A stretch of 64,000 bases of DNA from SAR202 cluster bacterium (lineage in GTDB: Bacteria > Chloroflexota > Dehalococcoidia > Lucifugimonadales > UBA2962): NCBI GenBank assembly GCA_022447925.1, contig JAKUTS010000001.1, positions 79,892 through 143,891 of the forward strand, read 5' to 3'. The stretch's first letter is position 1. Every line of letters begins with the position of its first letter. Below are positions 34,322-45,333 of this stretch, piece by piece. The notes beneath the pieces were generated by a model. The model was not told where the DNA came from and did no database searches. It saw only the letters and a list, made by a program, of their open reading frames with translations. The position numbers and the translations under genes were made by a program.

Positions 34322-36565
34322 TTATTTATTAGAGGTAACTGATTGATCAGGCGATCTAATTATATTGGTAACACCCTTTACTCCCTCTAGCTTTGAGAAC
34401 ACTTTGTTTAATTCATCTATGCCTCGAGTGTATAAGGTCATAGTAATGATACTACGATCTGCGACTTCGCGCGTTTCGCAATTGGCTATATTAACACGAT
34501 GTTCAGAAACAAGAGCAGTAATATCTTTGAGAAGCCCTACTCTGTCATAAGCATCAATTTGTATATCGACGGGATATAGCTTTCTAGCTTGACCCCAATC
34601 GACTTGTATTAAAGTCTCTTGTACGTTTTCATTCTTAATATTAGGGCAGTCAGTGCGGTGTACTGTAACACCCCTGCTACGGGTGATATATCCAGCTATA
34701 TTGTCGCCTTTAATTGGGTTACAACATTGTGCCATTCTGGTTAATAAGTCACCTACTCCCAATACGTCTATCCCACTGGTGGGACCAATTGGCTTCACTT
34801 GATTTGATGATGATTCATCTGTGCTAGTAGTTAATTTTGCTGCTATTTGAGATACAGTAACTGAGCCTGTGCCGATTGAATGGTACAATTCATCTGAAGA
34901 ATCCATTCCCATAACTTCCGATATCTCATTTAACTTCAAGTCAGTGGTCAATCTGCGAACTTGTTTGCTGTAGAGTTCTTTACCACGTTGTATATTAATT
35001 CTTTGTTCTTGCCTATTAAACCACTGTCTGATTTTTTGTCGAGCGGAATTCGTTTTTATATACTCTAAGTTAGGATTTAACCAATCAATACTGGGACCAC
35101 GTTCAGTTTTGCTTGTAACAATTTCGATGCTATCTCCGTTTTTTAGTTTATATTGTAAAGAAACTAATTTGCCATTTATGTGAGCACCAACACATTGGTG
35201 GCCAATGTCAGTGTGGATTTGATAAGCAAAATCCAATGGAGTTGAACCAGAGGGCAGTTCTTTTAGATCTCCCTTTGGGGTATATACATAAACTTGATTA
35301 TCAAATATGTCGGTTTTGAACGATTCGATGAAGTCCTCAGCCCCACTTACGTCTCTTTGCCAATCGAGCAGTTGGCGTAGCCATATCATTTTTTTATCAA
35401 ATTGAGGATCAGAATCCTTGCCCTCTTTATATAGCCAGTGAGCAGCAACTCCATATTCAGCTAATTCGTGCATTTCTGAAGTCCTGATTTGAACTTCTAC
35501 AGGGAAAGCTCCTTTGCATAATACTGCTGTATGAATAGATTGGTATAAGTTATCTTTTGGGTTTGCAATATAATCGTCAAATTGATCACGTAATGGACGC
35601 CATAGTGAGTGTACTACTCCCAGAGCTGAGTAACAGTCATTTACGCGATTAACAATAACCCTAAGTGCAAAAAGATCGTATATATCTCCGATCGTCATAT
35701 TTTGATCTTGATATCGTTGTATTTTTTTATGAATAGAGTAGATATGTTTTGGTCTGCCGGTTACAACAGCTTCAATTCCAGAATCCTTCAAAGATTCTGT
35801 AAGTCGGGCGCGGATTCCATCTATGTATTCTTCCCTTGAAGTTCTTTTAGATCTCAGTAATTTAGAGATTTTTTTATAATCAATGGGATTTAGATGTTGG
35901 AAAGCGAGGTCTTCTAGGCGCCATTTTATTTCCCAAATACCAAGCCTATGTGCAAGCGGGGCATATATATCCAGTGTTTCCTGCGCTATAAAAATCCTCC
36001 GATTTTTAGGCAGTGCCTTTAATGTGCGCATGTTATGTAATCTGTCAGCTAGTTTTATTAATACGACTCTAATGTCCTCTGCCATCGACATAAGTAATCT
36101 CTTCAGATTTTCTACTCGCGCCATTTCTTTTGCGGAATAGAAATCTGGATTTATAGGCGAATTTTCAATTTTATTTATTTCGGTTTGATCTGCAAACGGA
36201 AGGCTGATATTTTCAAAGTCGGTTAAAGATACTGCTCCCTCATTATTTAGAGATTCCTTTTTGGTTAATTTAGTTACTCCAGAGACAAGGTTCGCTACCT
36301 CTAATCCGAATTTGTTTTCTAATTCAGCATAAGACACATTGCAATCCTCCATTACGTCATGGAGTAGTGCTGCTGCGAGTGCCTTTGAATCAAGTTTAAG
36401 TTCTGCTAAATATATCGCTGTCTGAAGTGGATGCTCTATGAATGGTTCACCTGAGCGCCTAGTTTGACCACTATGAGCTTCCTTAGCAAACTCATATGCA
36501 TTAGCAATTAGGCCTAGTTGCTCTTTAGGTATATACTTTCCAGCTTTTTTTAATAGGGTGTCCAT
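34322..36565 (-). CDS. relA: bifunctional (p)ppGpp synthetase/hydrolase RelA/SpoT (Rel)
   Basis: HD hydrolase domain (HPLQTAIYLA..., LHDVMED), synthetase core (GRPKHIYSIHKK..., DLFALRVIV, QIRTSEMH), TGS (VYVYTPKGDLKELPSGSTPLDFAY) and C-terminal ACT. 747 aa. Confidence 0.95.
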   Translation of the reverse strand: MDTLLKKAGKYIPKEQLGLIANAYEFAKEAHSGQTRRSGEPFIEHPLQTAIYLAELKLDSKALAAALLHDVMEDCNVSYAELENKFGLEVANLVSGVTKLTKKESLNNEGAVSLTDFENISLPFADQTEINKIENSPINPDFYSAKEMARVENLKRLLMSMAEDIRVVLIKLADRLHNMRTLKALPKNRRIFIAQETLDIYAPLAHRLGIWEIKWRLEDLAFQHLNPIDYKKISKLLRSKRTSREEYIDGIRARLTESLKDSGIEAVVTGRPKHIYSIHKKIQRYQDQNMTIGDIYDLFALRVIVNRVNDCYSALGVVHSLWRPLRDQFDDYIANPKDNLYQSIHTAVLCKGAFPVEVQIRTSEMHELAEYGVAAHWLYKEGKDSDPQFDKKMIWLRQLLDWQRDVSGAEDFIESFKTDIFDNQVYVYTPKGDLKELPSGSTPLDFAYQIHTDIGHQCVGAHINGKLVSLQYKLKNGDSIEIVTSKTERGPSIDWLNPNLEYIKTNSARQKIRQWFNRQEQRINIQRGKELYSKQVRRLTTDLKLNEISEVMGMDSSDELYHSIGTGSVTVSQIAAKLTTSTDESSSNQVKPIGPTSGIDVLGVGDLLTRMAQCCNPIKGDNIAGYITRSRGVTVHRTDCPNIKNENVQETLIQVDWGQARKLYPVDIQIDAYDRVGLLKDITALVSEHRVNIANCETREVADRSIITMTLYTRGIDELNKVFSKLEGVKGVTNIIRSPDQSVTSNK

Positions 36566-36751
36566 ATTGATGCAAGGCGTTTTCTGTTAATCCTCGTTAT
36601 TATTCGAGAATCACTTCGATTTCATATATTAAGAATAGTCTATTTAGCTAAATTTTAATATCTTTTTACTCTTTGAACTGAGATCGTATTCGGCGATAAT
36701 CGAATTAATTGCTATTAAAAATTAAGTTAAATCTTAAGGAAATCGATCACG

Positions 36752-38008
36752 ATGATCTTTCAGGCACCCCGCGGCACATATGATCGTATGCCCGATCAAC
36801 AGCGACTTTGGCAGCGGATCAATAAAGTTTTAGAGGAATTATCTAATTCATACGGGTATGACCGCATTGATACACCTATTATTGAAGACGCCAAGTTGTT
36901 TTCAAGAGGAGTTGGAGATGTTACAGATATTATGGAAAAGGAGACTTACACTTTTCCTGATAGAGGTGGAGATCTACTGACTCTCAGGCCAGAAGGAACG
37001 GCTCCGGTCTGCAGAGCTTATATAGAACACGGTATGCATAATTTGCCCCAACCGGTCAGGCTTTATTATTTTTGTCCAGTTTTCAGATATGAAAGACCGC
37101 AGTCAGGAAGGTATAGGCAGCATCATCAATTTGGAGTTGAGGTTTTAGGATCTGATGAACCTGAGGTAGATGTCGAGGTTATTGAACTGGCGTGGAACTT
37201 ATTGAAGCGATTAGGTATTTCAGATATAAAACTTAAAATCAATACGATGGGTGATAGTGACAGCCGGGAATTATATGTTTCAAAACTACAGGATTATCTG
37301 AAATCTAAAATAGATCAGATACCGGAATCGATTAAGGAAAGGGTATCCTCAAACCCATTACGTGTTCTTGATTCTAAAGATCCAAAAATGGTTGAAATAA
37401 ATAGGGAAGCTCCGAAATCCGTTGATTACATTAATTCACAATCCACTGAACATTGGATGACTTTAACAAGGAATCTGGATGTTCTGTCTATTCCATATGA
37501 GGTAGACCATACATTGGTTAGAGGCTTTGATTATTACACTCGGACTGTATTTGAAGTAGTACCTTCTGTGGAGAAGAGCCAAAACACTCTGATAGGGGGT
37601 GGAAGATATGATGGATTGATCAAAATGCTTGGTGGAAAACCAACTCCCGGTATTGGATTTGGCATGGGACTTGAGCGTGTTATCTCAGCTATTAACAAAA
37701 CGTCACATGAGTCAGATTTGAATGATTACATGAAGCTTTTAGTGGCACATATTGGAGATGCAGCTAAAGAAAGAGCAGTGGTATTAAGTTCGAGAATAAG
37801 GAATGCTGGAATTCCGGCTGTGTTGGCTCCAACTAGGGGTATTAAAAGTCAGCTGAGATACGCAACGTCCATATCGGCAACACATACAATAATTATTGGT
37901 GACAAGGAATTACAGAATCATGAGGTGGTTTTAAGAGACTTCTCAACGCATTCACAAGAAACTATATCAGAGGCTAATCTTATTCAAGTCCTCTTAAATA
38001 TTAATTAA
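36752..38008 (+). CDS. hisS: histidyl-tRNA synthetase
   Basis: Class II motifs TLRPEGTAP, FRYERPQSGRYRQHHQFGVE and GGGRYDGL, with a C-terminal anticodon-binding domain. 418 aa. Confidence 0.95.
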   Translation: MIFQAPRGTYDRMPDQQRLWQRINKVLEELSNSYGYDRIDTPIIEDAKLFSRGVGDVTDIMEKETYTFPDRGGDLLTLRPEGTAPVCRAYIEHGMHNLPQPVRLYYFCPVFRYERPQSGRYRQHHQFGVEVLGSDEPEVDVEVIELAWNLLKRLGISDIKLKINTMGDSDSRELYVSKLQDYLKSKIDQIPESIKERVSSNPLRVLDSKDPKMVEINREAPKSVDYINSQSTEHWMTLTRNLDVLSIPYEVDHTLVRGFDYYTRTVFEVVPSVEKSQNTLIGGGRYDGLIKMLGGKPTPGIGFGMGLERVISAINKTSHESDLNDYMKLLVAHIGDAAKERAVVLSSRIRNAGIPAVLAPTRGIKSQLRYATSISATHTIIIGDKELQNHEVVLRDFSTHSQETISEANLIQVLLNIN

Positions 38009-38058
38009 CACTTTTAGTAATAAACTAATTACACCATTGAAATCGTATTACGCACAAA

Positions 38059-39129
38059 ATGTTAGAAAAAATACAAACAATTAAGATCCGAATTAGTGAG
38101 CTTGAGACAATGCTCGCAGATCCTGATTTAGTAAGCGATTTCAGTAAGTCTCAAGGCTTATTAAGAGAACACGCGATGATCAAACCTTTGGCTGAATTAT
38201 CGGAAGAATTCACAAGCGTTGTTGAGCAGATAGATCAGCTCATATCAATTATAAAAAACGATAGTGACAAAGAAGTCGTTGAACTAGCTAATTTAGAATT
38301 ACCTGAGCTTAAGGAAAAGAAATTAAATCTTGAACAAGAATTGAGAATAGCTTTACTTCCTAAGGACCCTAATGACTTCAAGAACGTTATTATGGAAATC
38401 CGAGCTGGTACAGGAGGAGAAGAAGCCTCTCTTTTTGCTGCAGATTTATATCGAATGTATTCACGTTATTCCCAAAGAAGGGGTTGGCCGTTAGAGATTT
38501 TATCAACCAGTGAATCAGAAGCCGGTGGCGTGAAGGAAGTCGTAATTCAAATAAAAGGCGATGGAGCTTTCAGTATTTTGAAACATGAAAGTGGTGGGCA
38601 TAGGGTACAGAGAGTGCCAGTGACAGAATCTAGCGGACGAATCCATACTTCTGCAGCTACTGTCGCTGTCTTGCCCGAAGCAGAAGAAGTAGACGTAGAA
38701 ATAAGAAATGAAGATCTACAAATCGATATATTTCATGCCAGTGGGCATGGTGGGCAAAGCGTTCAGAAAGTCGCCACTGCTGTACGAATTAAGCATGTGC
38801 CTACTGGTATTTTAGCTATTTGCCAAGATGAACGATCTCAGCACAAAAATAAAGAAAAAGCAATGGCAGTCTTAAGATCAAGAGTCTATAAACAGGAATT
38901 AGAACGTCAACAGAAGGAAATTAGTGAAGACAGGAAATCGCAAGTGGGTTCAGGTGACCGTTCTGAAAGAGTGCGTACCTATAATTTTCCGCAGCAAAGA
39001 GTGACTGATCATAGAACTAATATGTCCCAATATAACATTGCTGAAGTGTTAGATGGTGAACTTGATCCATTTATAAATGGCCTCATTGATCGGGAACAAC
39101 AAATTAAGCTTGAAGAATCAGGAATTTAA
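38059..39129 (+). CDS. prfA: peptide chain release factor 1
   Basis: PxT discriminator context RVQRVPVTESSGRIHTS. GGQ motif SGHGGQSVQK. 356 aa. Confidence 0.95.
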   Translation: MLEKIQTIKIRISELETMLADPDLVSDFSKSQGLLREHAMIKPLAELSEEFTSVVEQIDQLISIIKNDSDKEVVELANLELPELKEKKLNLEQELRIALLPKDPNDFKNVIMEIRAGTGGEEASLFAADLYRMYSRYSQRRGWPLEILSTSESEAGGVKEVVIQIKGDGAFSILKHESGGHRVQRVPVTESSGRIHTSAATVAVLPEAEEVDVEIRNEDLQIDIFHASGHGGQSVQKVATAVRIKHVPTGILAICQDERSQHKNKEKAMAVLRSRVYKQELERQQKEISEDRKSQVGSGDRSERVRTYNFPQQRVTDHRTNMSQYNIAEVLDGELDPFINGLIDREQQIKLEESGI

Positions 39130-39979
39130 AGACCAAACGATACGAAGCTTATGGCTAAAAGGTGTTGATCAGTTAAAGAAGTATTCAATAACTGATAGTG
39201 CCCTTGAATGTGAATTATTAGTAAGATCCGCCCTTGGTTATACTAAGAGTGAGTTCTACTCCCATTTGCCAGACACAGTAAATGAACATGAGATGATTTT
39301 AATTAATCAATTGATCCAACGAAGACTGATCGGTGAGCCAACTCCATATATTTTAGGTACTAAAGAGTTTTATGGTATTGACTTTAATGTTTCCAAGGAT
39401 GTGTTGATTCCAAGGCCAGAAACCGAACTATTAGTTGATTTAGCACTTGCTCAGAATAAAGAGGGATGTTTGATTGCTGATATAGGCACTGGAAGTGGTT
39501 GTATAGCAGTTTCGATAGCTTCACATTTGCCCAACCTTAAGATAATCGCTGTAGATAAAAGTATTGATGCATTAAGGATGGCAAGGAAAAATATCATGAT
39601 GCATGACATGATGGACAGAATTGACCTGGTTAATTCAGACTTATTAACAGCTTTTAAACCGGGTTTAAAGTTTGATTTAATTGTTTCGAACCCGCCTTAT
39701 GTTCCTAAAGATATTTATGAAACATTAGATAAAGAAATTCAACTTGAACCAACGATAGCATTAAATGGTGGGACTGATGGATTGGATATTATTCGTTGTC
39801 TGCTTCAACAAGCAAACACAATGCTTTCGGATGGAGGGAGTTTGCTATTTGAGGTTTTTTCTGACAATTCAAATGAAGCATTTAGGTTAACCTCAGAATT
39901 AATACCTATGTCTAGGGTAACTATGCACTCTGACTTATTGGGTTTGCCTAGGGTAATTGAAGCTCAAAAAGTGTTGTGA
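39077..39979 (+). CDS. prmC: release factor glutamine N5-methyltransferase PrmC
   Basis: SAM motif DIGTGSGCIA and catalytic NPPY (VSNPPYV). Follows prfA. The real start may be an internal TTG (about 39110) rather than ATG 39077, which overlaps prfA by 53 nt. Confidence 0.88.
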   Translation: MASLIGNNKLSLKNQEFKDQTIRSLWLKGVDQLKKYSITDSALECELLVRSALGYTKSEFYSHLPDTVNEHEMILINQLIQRRLIGEPTPYILGTKEFYGIDFNVSKDVLIPRPETELLVDLALAQNKEGCLIADIGTGSGCIAVSIASHLPNLKIIAVDKSIDALRMARKNIMMHDMMDRIDLVNSDLLTAFKPGLKFDLIVSNPPYVPKDIYETLDKEIQLEPTIALNGGTDGLDIIRCLLQQANTMLSDGGSLLFEVFSDNSNEAFRLTSELIPMSRVTMHSDLLGLPRVIEAQKVL

Positions 39980-40003
39980 TATTGGAAATATATTACTTTG
40001 TAA

Positions 40004-41143
40004 CTAACTTCCACCCATTTGGAAGTACTTACCCTCAGTTTTTATTGATGGGGCTATTATCATTTTTGCTTTTTGCATTTCTCTAATGTTAAATGCTCCT
40101 ACCATACCCATACATTCTTCCAATGCCCCAATGAGGTTTTGTGTGCCATTAGTTTTTGAAGTGGGGCCGAAAAGGATTTGCTCTAATGGTCCTTGAGTTC
40201 CAACATTTACTCTTGTTCCCCTGGGTAGTCGGGGATGTGGCCCAGCCATTCCCCAGTTGAAACCGCCACCAGGGGCTTCCTCTGATTGTGCTAAAGGAGA
40301 ACCTATCATTATCGCATCTGCTCCTGACACGAATGATTTACATACATCTCCACCTGTGCGTATGCCGCCGTCTGTGATTACTGGTACATATCTGCCAGTT
40401 TTCTTTAAATATTCGTCTCTTGCTGCTGAAACCTGTAATGTTGCTGTAACTTGAGGAACTCCGACACCAGTTACTTCTCTGGTTGTACAAGCAGCTCCTG
40501 GTCCTACTCCAATTAGTACTCCGTGAACTCCGGTTTCCATTAATTCCAATGCAACGTTATATGAAACACAGTTGCCTACTATTACAGGTATATCAATTAA
40601 TTCAAGCAATTCAGAGAATATTAAACCTCGCTTAGATTTCGATACATGCCTTGCAGTAGTAACCGTGGATTGAACGAAAACCATGTCCGCGCCAGCCTCG
40701 GCGGCAATTGGAGCCAGTTTCTTAGTGCTAGCAGGAGTTATTGACACAGCACATCGTGCTCCTGTTGCTTTAACTTCTTCTACACGCTCACCAACTAAAT
40801 TAGTATCGACTTTACCGGAATAAACTTCTTGGAGCACAGAAGTTACATCTTTATCTGAGGCATCAATAATTCTTGATAGGGCTTCGGACGGGTTTGCATA
40901 TCTTGTCTGTATACCCTCTAAATTCATTACCGACAATCCTCCGGCTTTTTCCATATGTCCGGCAAAGTTCGGTGAACCGATCGCATCCATTGCAGATGAT
41001 ATAACAGGTATTTTGAAAGTATGATTATTTATGGAGAATTCTGTATTTGTTTGATCAGGGTTAATCGTGATTTCGCCAGGCGCTATAGCTACTTCATCGA
41101 ATCCATATGCTCGGCTGAGTTCCTTAATTTGCGGAACAGACAT
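40004..41143 (-). CDS. GuaB3-type IMP dehydrogenase-related protein (no CBS insert)
   Basis: N-terminus ...RAYGFDEVAIAPGE, TIM-barrel IMPDH/GMPR-like core (GVGPGAACTTREVTGVGVPQ, DGGIRTGGD). 379 aa. GGAGGGG RBS. Confidence 0.8.
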   Translation of the reverse strand: MSVPQIKELSRAYGFDEVAIAPGEITINPDQTNTEFSINNHTFKIPVISSAMDAIGSPNFAGHMEKAGGLSVMNLEGIQTRYANPSEALSRIIDASDKDVTSVLQEVYSGKVDTNLVGERVEEVKATGARCAVSITPASTKKLAPIAAEAGADMVFVQSTVTTARHVSKSKRGLIFSELLELIDIPVIVGNCVSYNVALELMETGVHGVLIGVGPGAACTTREVTGVGVPQVTATLQVSAARDEYLKKTGRYVPVITDGGIRTGGDVCKSFVSGADAIMIGSPLAQSEEAPGGGFNWGMAGPHPRLPRGTRVNVGTQGPLEQILFGPTSKTNGTQNLIGALEECMGMVGAFNIREMQKAKMIIAPSIKTEGKYFQMGGS

Positions 41144-41327
41144 TGATTACCCCTCCAATGATTGTTATTTCTTTCAATAATAAAATAGATATAATCAAGG
41201 ATATTCCCACGTGAGAAGGATGGTCAACAGCAAATTTGTAAAAAATGGATCATTGCTAGTTGAATGTCAGATAAAAGGGCCAACCAACGATACATCTTGT
41301 AGAGATAGTAATGCATACTAAGGAATC

Positions 41328-42458
41328 ATGTTAAAACTTGAAACACAGGTAAAAAAATTAGGACTAAAGTCAGGATTCGATTTGGTAGGAATCACGTCTG
41401 CGGAGAAGTTTGTGCGCGATGAAGAAGTTAGTATTGCTCGAGTTAGGTCTGGCTTGATGGATGGATTACCTTGGTATACAGAGGATCGAGTTAAAAAAGC
41501 TAATGATCCAGCCATGCTGCTTGAGGATGCACGATCTGTAATTTCGTTGGCAGTTTCGTACAACACGAAAGAGAATAAGAATAAAAATAAAATAACGGGA
41601 AAAATTGCAAGATATGCCTGGGGAGAAGATTATCATGCTGTAATCAAAGAGAGATTACGCTTTTTTGTGGCTGAATTAAAATTATTGGTTGGAGAAGATG
41701 TCAAAACGCGAATTTTTGTGGACGATGGTCCGATGAATGATCGTGCTGCAGCAGAAAGAGCAGGAGTCGGTTGGTTTGGTAAGAACACAAATATATTGAC
41801 TCAAAACTACGGTTCATGGGTATTTTTATCTCAAGTTATTACGGATATTGAGTTGGTTCCTGATTTACCATTAGATAAAACGTGTGGGACCTGTGTGATT
41901 TGTATAGAAGAGTGCCCAACTGGCGCAATTGTAGCTCCATATGTAATTGATAATACAAAATGCATATCATTTCTGACGATTGAACTTAGAGGCCCAATCC
42001 CGAGAAAACTTAGACATTTAATGGGAGACTGGATATTCGGATGTGATATATGTCAAGACGTATGTCCGGTTAACCGCAAAGCAGTGATTTCTTTAGATCC
42101 TAAATTTACTAGGCTGCATGATTTTTCTGCTTTGGATTTAGTGCCCTTGTTAGATTTGACCGAAATGGAATTCAATAAGATATTTAAAGGTAGCGCTATT
42201 AAAAGGGCCAAGATATCTGGTTTTCAGAGAAACGTATGCGTTGCTTTGGGTAATATTGGTGATCCCATTGCTGTTCCTGTATTAAGCAAAGTCATTCAAT
42301 CAGATTATCCTGATTTAGTTCGTTCCCATGCTGCATGGGCCCTTGGTCGTATCGGGGGCAACAATGCTTTGGAAATGTTAAACAGCCAGGCAAATTTGGA
42401 GCAAAGCAAAGATGTGTTAGAGGAAATCCGAGAAGCAATAGGTTCAGCAGTATCCTAA
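41328..42458 (+). CDS. queG: tRNA epoxyqueuosine(34) reductase QueG
   Basis: Motifs YAWGEDYH and GWFGKNTN, two ferredoxin-type clusters (CGTCVICIEECPTGA, CDICQDVCPVN), and C-terminal HEAT-like repeats (VRSHAAWALGRIG). Confidence 0.9.
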   Translation: MLKLETQVKKLGLKSGFDLVGITSAEKFVRDEEVSIARVRSGLMDGLPWYTEDRVKKANDPAMLLEDARSVISLAVSYNTKENKNKNKITGKIARYAWGEDYHAVIKERLRFFVAELKLLVGEDVKTRIFVDDGPMNDRAAAERAGVGWFGKNTNILTQNYGSWVFLSQVITDIELVPDLPLDKTCGTCVICIEECPTGAIVAPYVIDNTKCISFLTIELRGPIPRKLRHLMGDWIFGCDICQDVCPVNRKAVISLDPKFTRLHDFSALDLVPLLDLTEMEFNKIFKGSAIKRAKISGFQRNVCVALGNIGDPIAVPVLSKVIQSDYPDLVRSHAAWALGRIGGNNALEMLNSQANLEQSKDVLEEIREAIGSAVS

Positions 42459-42476
42459 AAAATAGTAAGTGAGCAG

Positions 42477-45326
42477 ATGTTAAATATTGATAACAGGATA
42501 TCCCCATTAAAAGAGACTTGGGTCGCAATTGATACAGAAACCACCGGACTTTCTGAAGATAAAGATTCAATTATAGAAGTAGGGTGCGTAAAATTTGTTG
42601 GCGACAGACATGTGGAAACATATAAGTCACTCGTGAATCCTTTGTCTATATTGAGTGATTTCACAATAAATTTCACTGGAATAACTCAAAATGATGTTAA
42701 TAGCGCACCTGTGTTTGAGGACATAATAGAAGACCTTAGGGAATTTATTGGAGATGCACCCGTAGTAGGACATAATATTCAGTTTGATCTGGGCTTTTTA
42801 AATAAAAGTGGTCTCAAAATCGACAATCCTGTTGCTGACACCTGGGATATGGCTTACGTTCTATTACCTAGGATCACTTCTTACTCACTTTCAAATATTG
42901 CGATGGATTTGGGTATAGCACATGATAAAGCGCATCGAGCCCTCGAGGATGCAGCTGTAACAGCCCATGTTTTTAATTATTTATTGAAGTCTGCTGACAA
43001 ATTGGAAGACGATATTTTATTTGAATTAAGTAGAACTGCGACTCAAGGTGGTTCCAGATTGAATTATGTTTTATCGGGTCTTATTGCAAACAGAAATAGG
43101 TCTGAAATTAAATCCCAACAAGTAATTGGGTTTGATGTGGAGAAAATTCGCTCAAGACTAGCTAAAGAGTCTTCAATAAAAAAGGTTGAACAAATCACTC
43201 CGGTAGATCTAAAGTTAATTGAGTCTGCTTTGTCAGCGAAAGGCAGTTTGTCGCACTCAATGTTGAGATTTGAAGAAAGACCTGAGCAAATGACGATGGC
43301 AAAAACAATAGCTGAGACCATAAACTCAGGCATTGGAGATAACCAAACCCGATTGATTGTTGAAGCTGGCACGGGAGTAGGCAAGTCCTTGGCTTACCTT
43401 CTACCATCTGTTATTTATGCATTAAAAAACAATAAAAGAATTGTTGTATCGACCAACACTATTAACTTACAAGAACAATTATTAACAAAAGATATGCCAT
43501 TAGTAATTGAAGCCTTAAAAAATGTAGATTCGATAAACGTTGAAAAGCTAAGGTTTACTCAGTTAAAAGGAAGGGACAATTATCTTTGTCTAAATAAACT
43601 TTTACGTATGAGATTAACTGATAAACCAACTTGGACAGAAGGACGTTTAATATCTAAGGTTCTGGTTTGGGTGCGAGATACAGTAACTGGAGACAAATCT
43701 GAATTAAATTTGGGATCTCGTGGGGCTTCAGCCGTGTGGGGGAGGCTATCTGCGCAAGGAAGTGCACTTTGTAAAGGAATAAGTGGTGCATGTTTTCTAA
43801 GAAGCGCTAGGGATAAAGCCTCCTCGTCACACATCGTGATTACAAATCATTCTTTACTAATGGCCGATATAGCGTCTGACGGTTCGATATTGCCGGATTA
43901 TGACATTTTAATAATTGATGAAGCTCATCATCTTGAGGATTCTGCTACTAGACAACTTGGTTTTGAATTAAATGGAAACAGCATAAACGACCACTTGACA
44001 CAGATAATGGCTGAAACTGGAGCATTAAATACAGGATTAAAACTCTTCAAGGAAAATAAACTCAGTTTGAGTCGAATACAATCCCTAGGGAAAATATTGA
44101 CAGATATTTCAGAGTTTATTCCCAAAACTCGTGAATATACCGCCAGCTTACTTTCTAGTATCGAAAAGGTTGGTAGTGAAGCGCAGAATAGCACCTCATA
44201 TAACACCAATATTATTCCTGATATTAGAATTACTTCAGGTATTAGATCTCAGCCAGCATGGTCAGAGATTGAAATAGATTGGCAGAAGATCGACCTAGCA
44301 TTAATTAAAGTAGATGAATTACTTAATCATGCTCTTATTGCTTTAGAGGGCACTAATCATGAAGCATGCGACAGAGTTTTGGATGAAGTAATCGAACTGA
44401 TCCAATCGAATCAACAATTAAGAGGTCATCTTGAAGAATTCGTTATTCATCCTTCTAAAGATGGAGTTTATTGGGTATCAAATGCTTCTTCAAATCGTAG
44501 TTTTAAAGATAGAAACATATCAATACAATCAGCTCCCTTATATGTTGGTGATGTTTTATCTGAGTCAGTTTATTCAAAAACGTCTACAGTAATTATGACA
44601 AGTGCAACATTGGCAACTGGAAACAACTTTGAATATGTCACAGAAAGGACTGGGTTTCAAGATTCAACGGAATTGCTGCTTGGTTCCCCATTTGATTATG
44701 CTACCAACTCAGTATTATGCGTTCCAGAGGATATGCCTGAACCAAATCTACCTAATTATCAAGACGCCATAAATAATGCTATAACTAACTCTGTAGTCGC
44801 TTCTCAAGGAAAAGCGATGGCTTTATTTACCTCGTACAGTTCATTAAATAAAACATACAAGGATATTAAAGAAACACTGAAATCGCATGACATACAGGTT
44901 TTGGCACAAGGCATAGATGGGAATCCAAATAAAATTGTGAGCCTTTTTCAGAATAACCAAAGATCATTGTTACTCGGTACGTCTAGTTTCTGGGAGGGTG
45001 TAGATCTTCCAGGCGAATCGTTACAGCTCCTTCTACTGACGCGCTTACCATTTAATGTTCCAACTGATCCAATTTTTGCAGCCAGGTCAGATTGGTTTCA
45101 GGAACCATTCAAAGAATATGCGGTTCCTCAAGCCGTAATTAGATTAAGACAGGGATTTGGCAGATTGATAAGGACAGAAACAGATCGAGGAGTTGCTGTA
45201 GTATTAGACAAAAGGATTCTTTCAAAAGGTTATGGAAAGGTATTTTTGGAATCTATGCCACCAGCCCATGTTGTTAAGACTACAACTTTAGAGATGCCTA
45301 AGCTGATCGAACAATTTTTGAGTTAA
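42477..45326 (+). CDS. dinG: DinG-family ATP-dependent DNA helicase fused to N-terminal DnaQ-like 3'-5' exonuclease domain
   Basis: Exo motifs VAIDTETTGL, GHNIQFDLGFL and HRALEDA. Helicase Walker A GTGVGKS, DEAHHLED box, and C-terminal SFWEGVDLPG...QGFGRLIR. 949 aa. Confidence 0.85.
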   Translation: MLNIDNRISPLKETWVAIDTETTGLSEDKDSIIEVGCVKFVGDRHVETYKSLVNPLSILSDFTINFTGITQNDVNSAPVFEDIIEDLREFIGDAPVVGHNIQFDLGFLNKSGLKIDNPVADTWDMAYVLLPRITSYSLSNIAMDLGIAHDKAHRALEDAAVTAHVFNYLLKSADKLEDDILFELSRTATQGGSRLNYVLSGLIANRNRSEIKSQQVIGFDVEKIRSRLAKESSIKKVEQITPVDLKLIESALSAKGSLSHSMLRFEERPEQMTMAKTIAETINSGIGDNQTRLIVEAGTGVGKSLAYLLPSVIYALKNNKRIVVSTNTINLQEQLLTKDMPLVIEALKNVDSINVEKLRFTQLKGRDNYLCLNKLLRMRLTDKPTWTEGRLISKVLVWVRDTVTGDKSELNLGSRGASAVWGRLSAQGSALCKGISGACFLRSARDKASSSHIVITNHSLLMADIASDGSILPDYDILIIDEAHHLEDSATRQLGFELNGNSINDHLTQIMAETGALNTGLKLFKENKLSLSRIQSLGKILTDISEFIPKTREYTASLLSSIEKVGSEAQNSTSYNTNIIPDIRITSGIRSQPAWSEIEIDWQKIDLALIKVDELLNHALIALEGTNHEACDRVLDEVIELIQSNQQLRGHLEEFVIHPSKDGVYWVSNASSNRSFKDRNISIQSAPLYVGDVLSESVYSKTSTVIMTSATLATGNNFEYVTERTGFQDSTELLLGSPFDYATNSVLCVPEDMPEPNLPNYQDAINNAITNSVVASQGKAMALFTSYSSLNKTYKDIKETLKSHDIQVLAQGIDGNPNKIVSLFQNNQRSLLLGTSSFWEGVDLPGESLQLLLLTRLPFNVPTDPIFAARSDWFQEPFKEYAVPQAVIRLRQGFGRLIRTETDRGVAVVLDKRILSKGYGKVFLESMPPAHVVKTTTLEMPKLIEQFLS

Positions 45327-45333
45327 CAAGATT

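Noticed and set aside
36566-36751. T-box riboswitch or his-type leader upstream of hisS (186-nt divergent intergenic region with relA).
   Set aside because: There is no T-box consensus (AGGGTGGNACCGCG-like), no specifier/terminator architecture and no His-rich leader peptide. The region is AT-rich promoter-like DNA.
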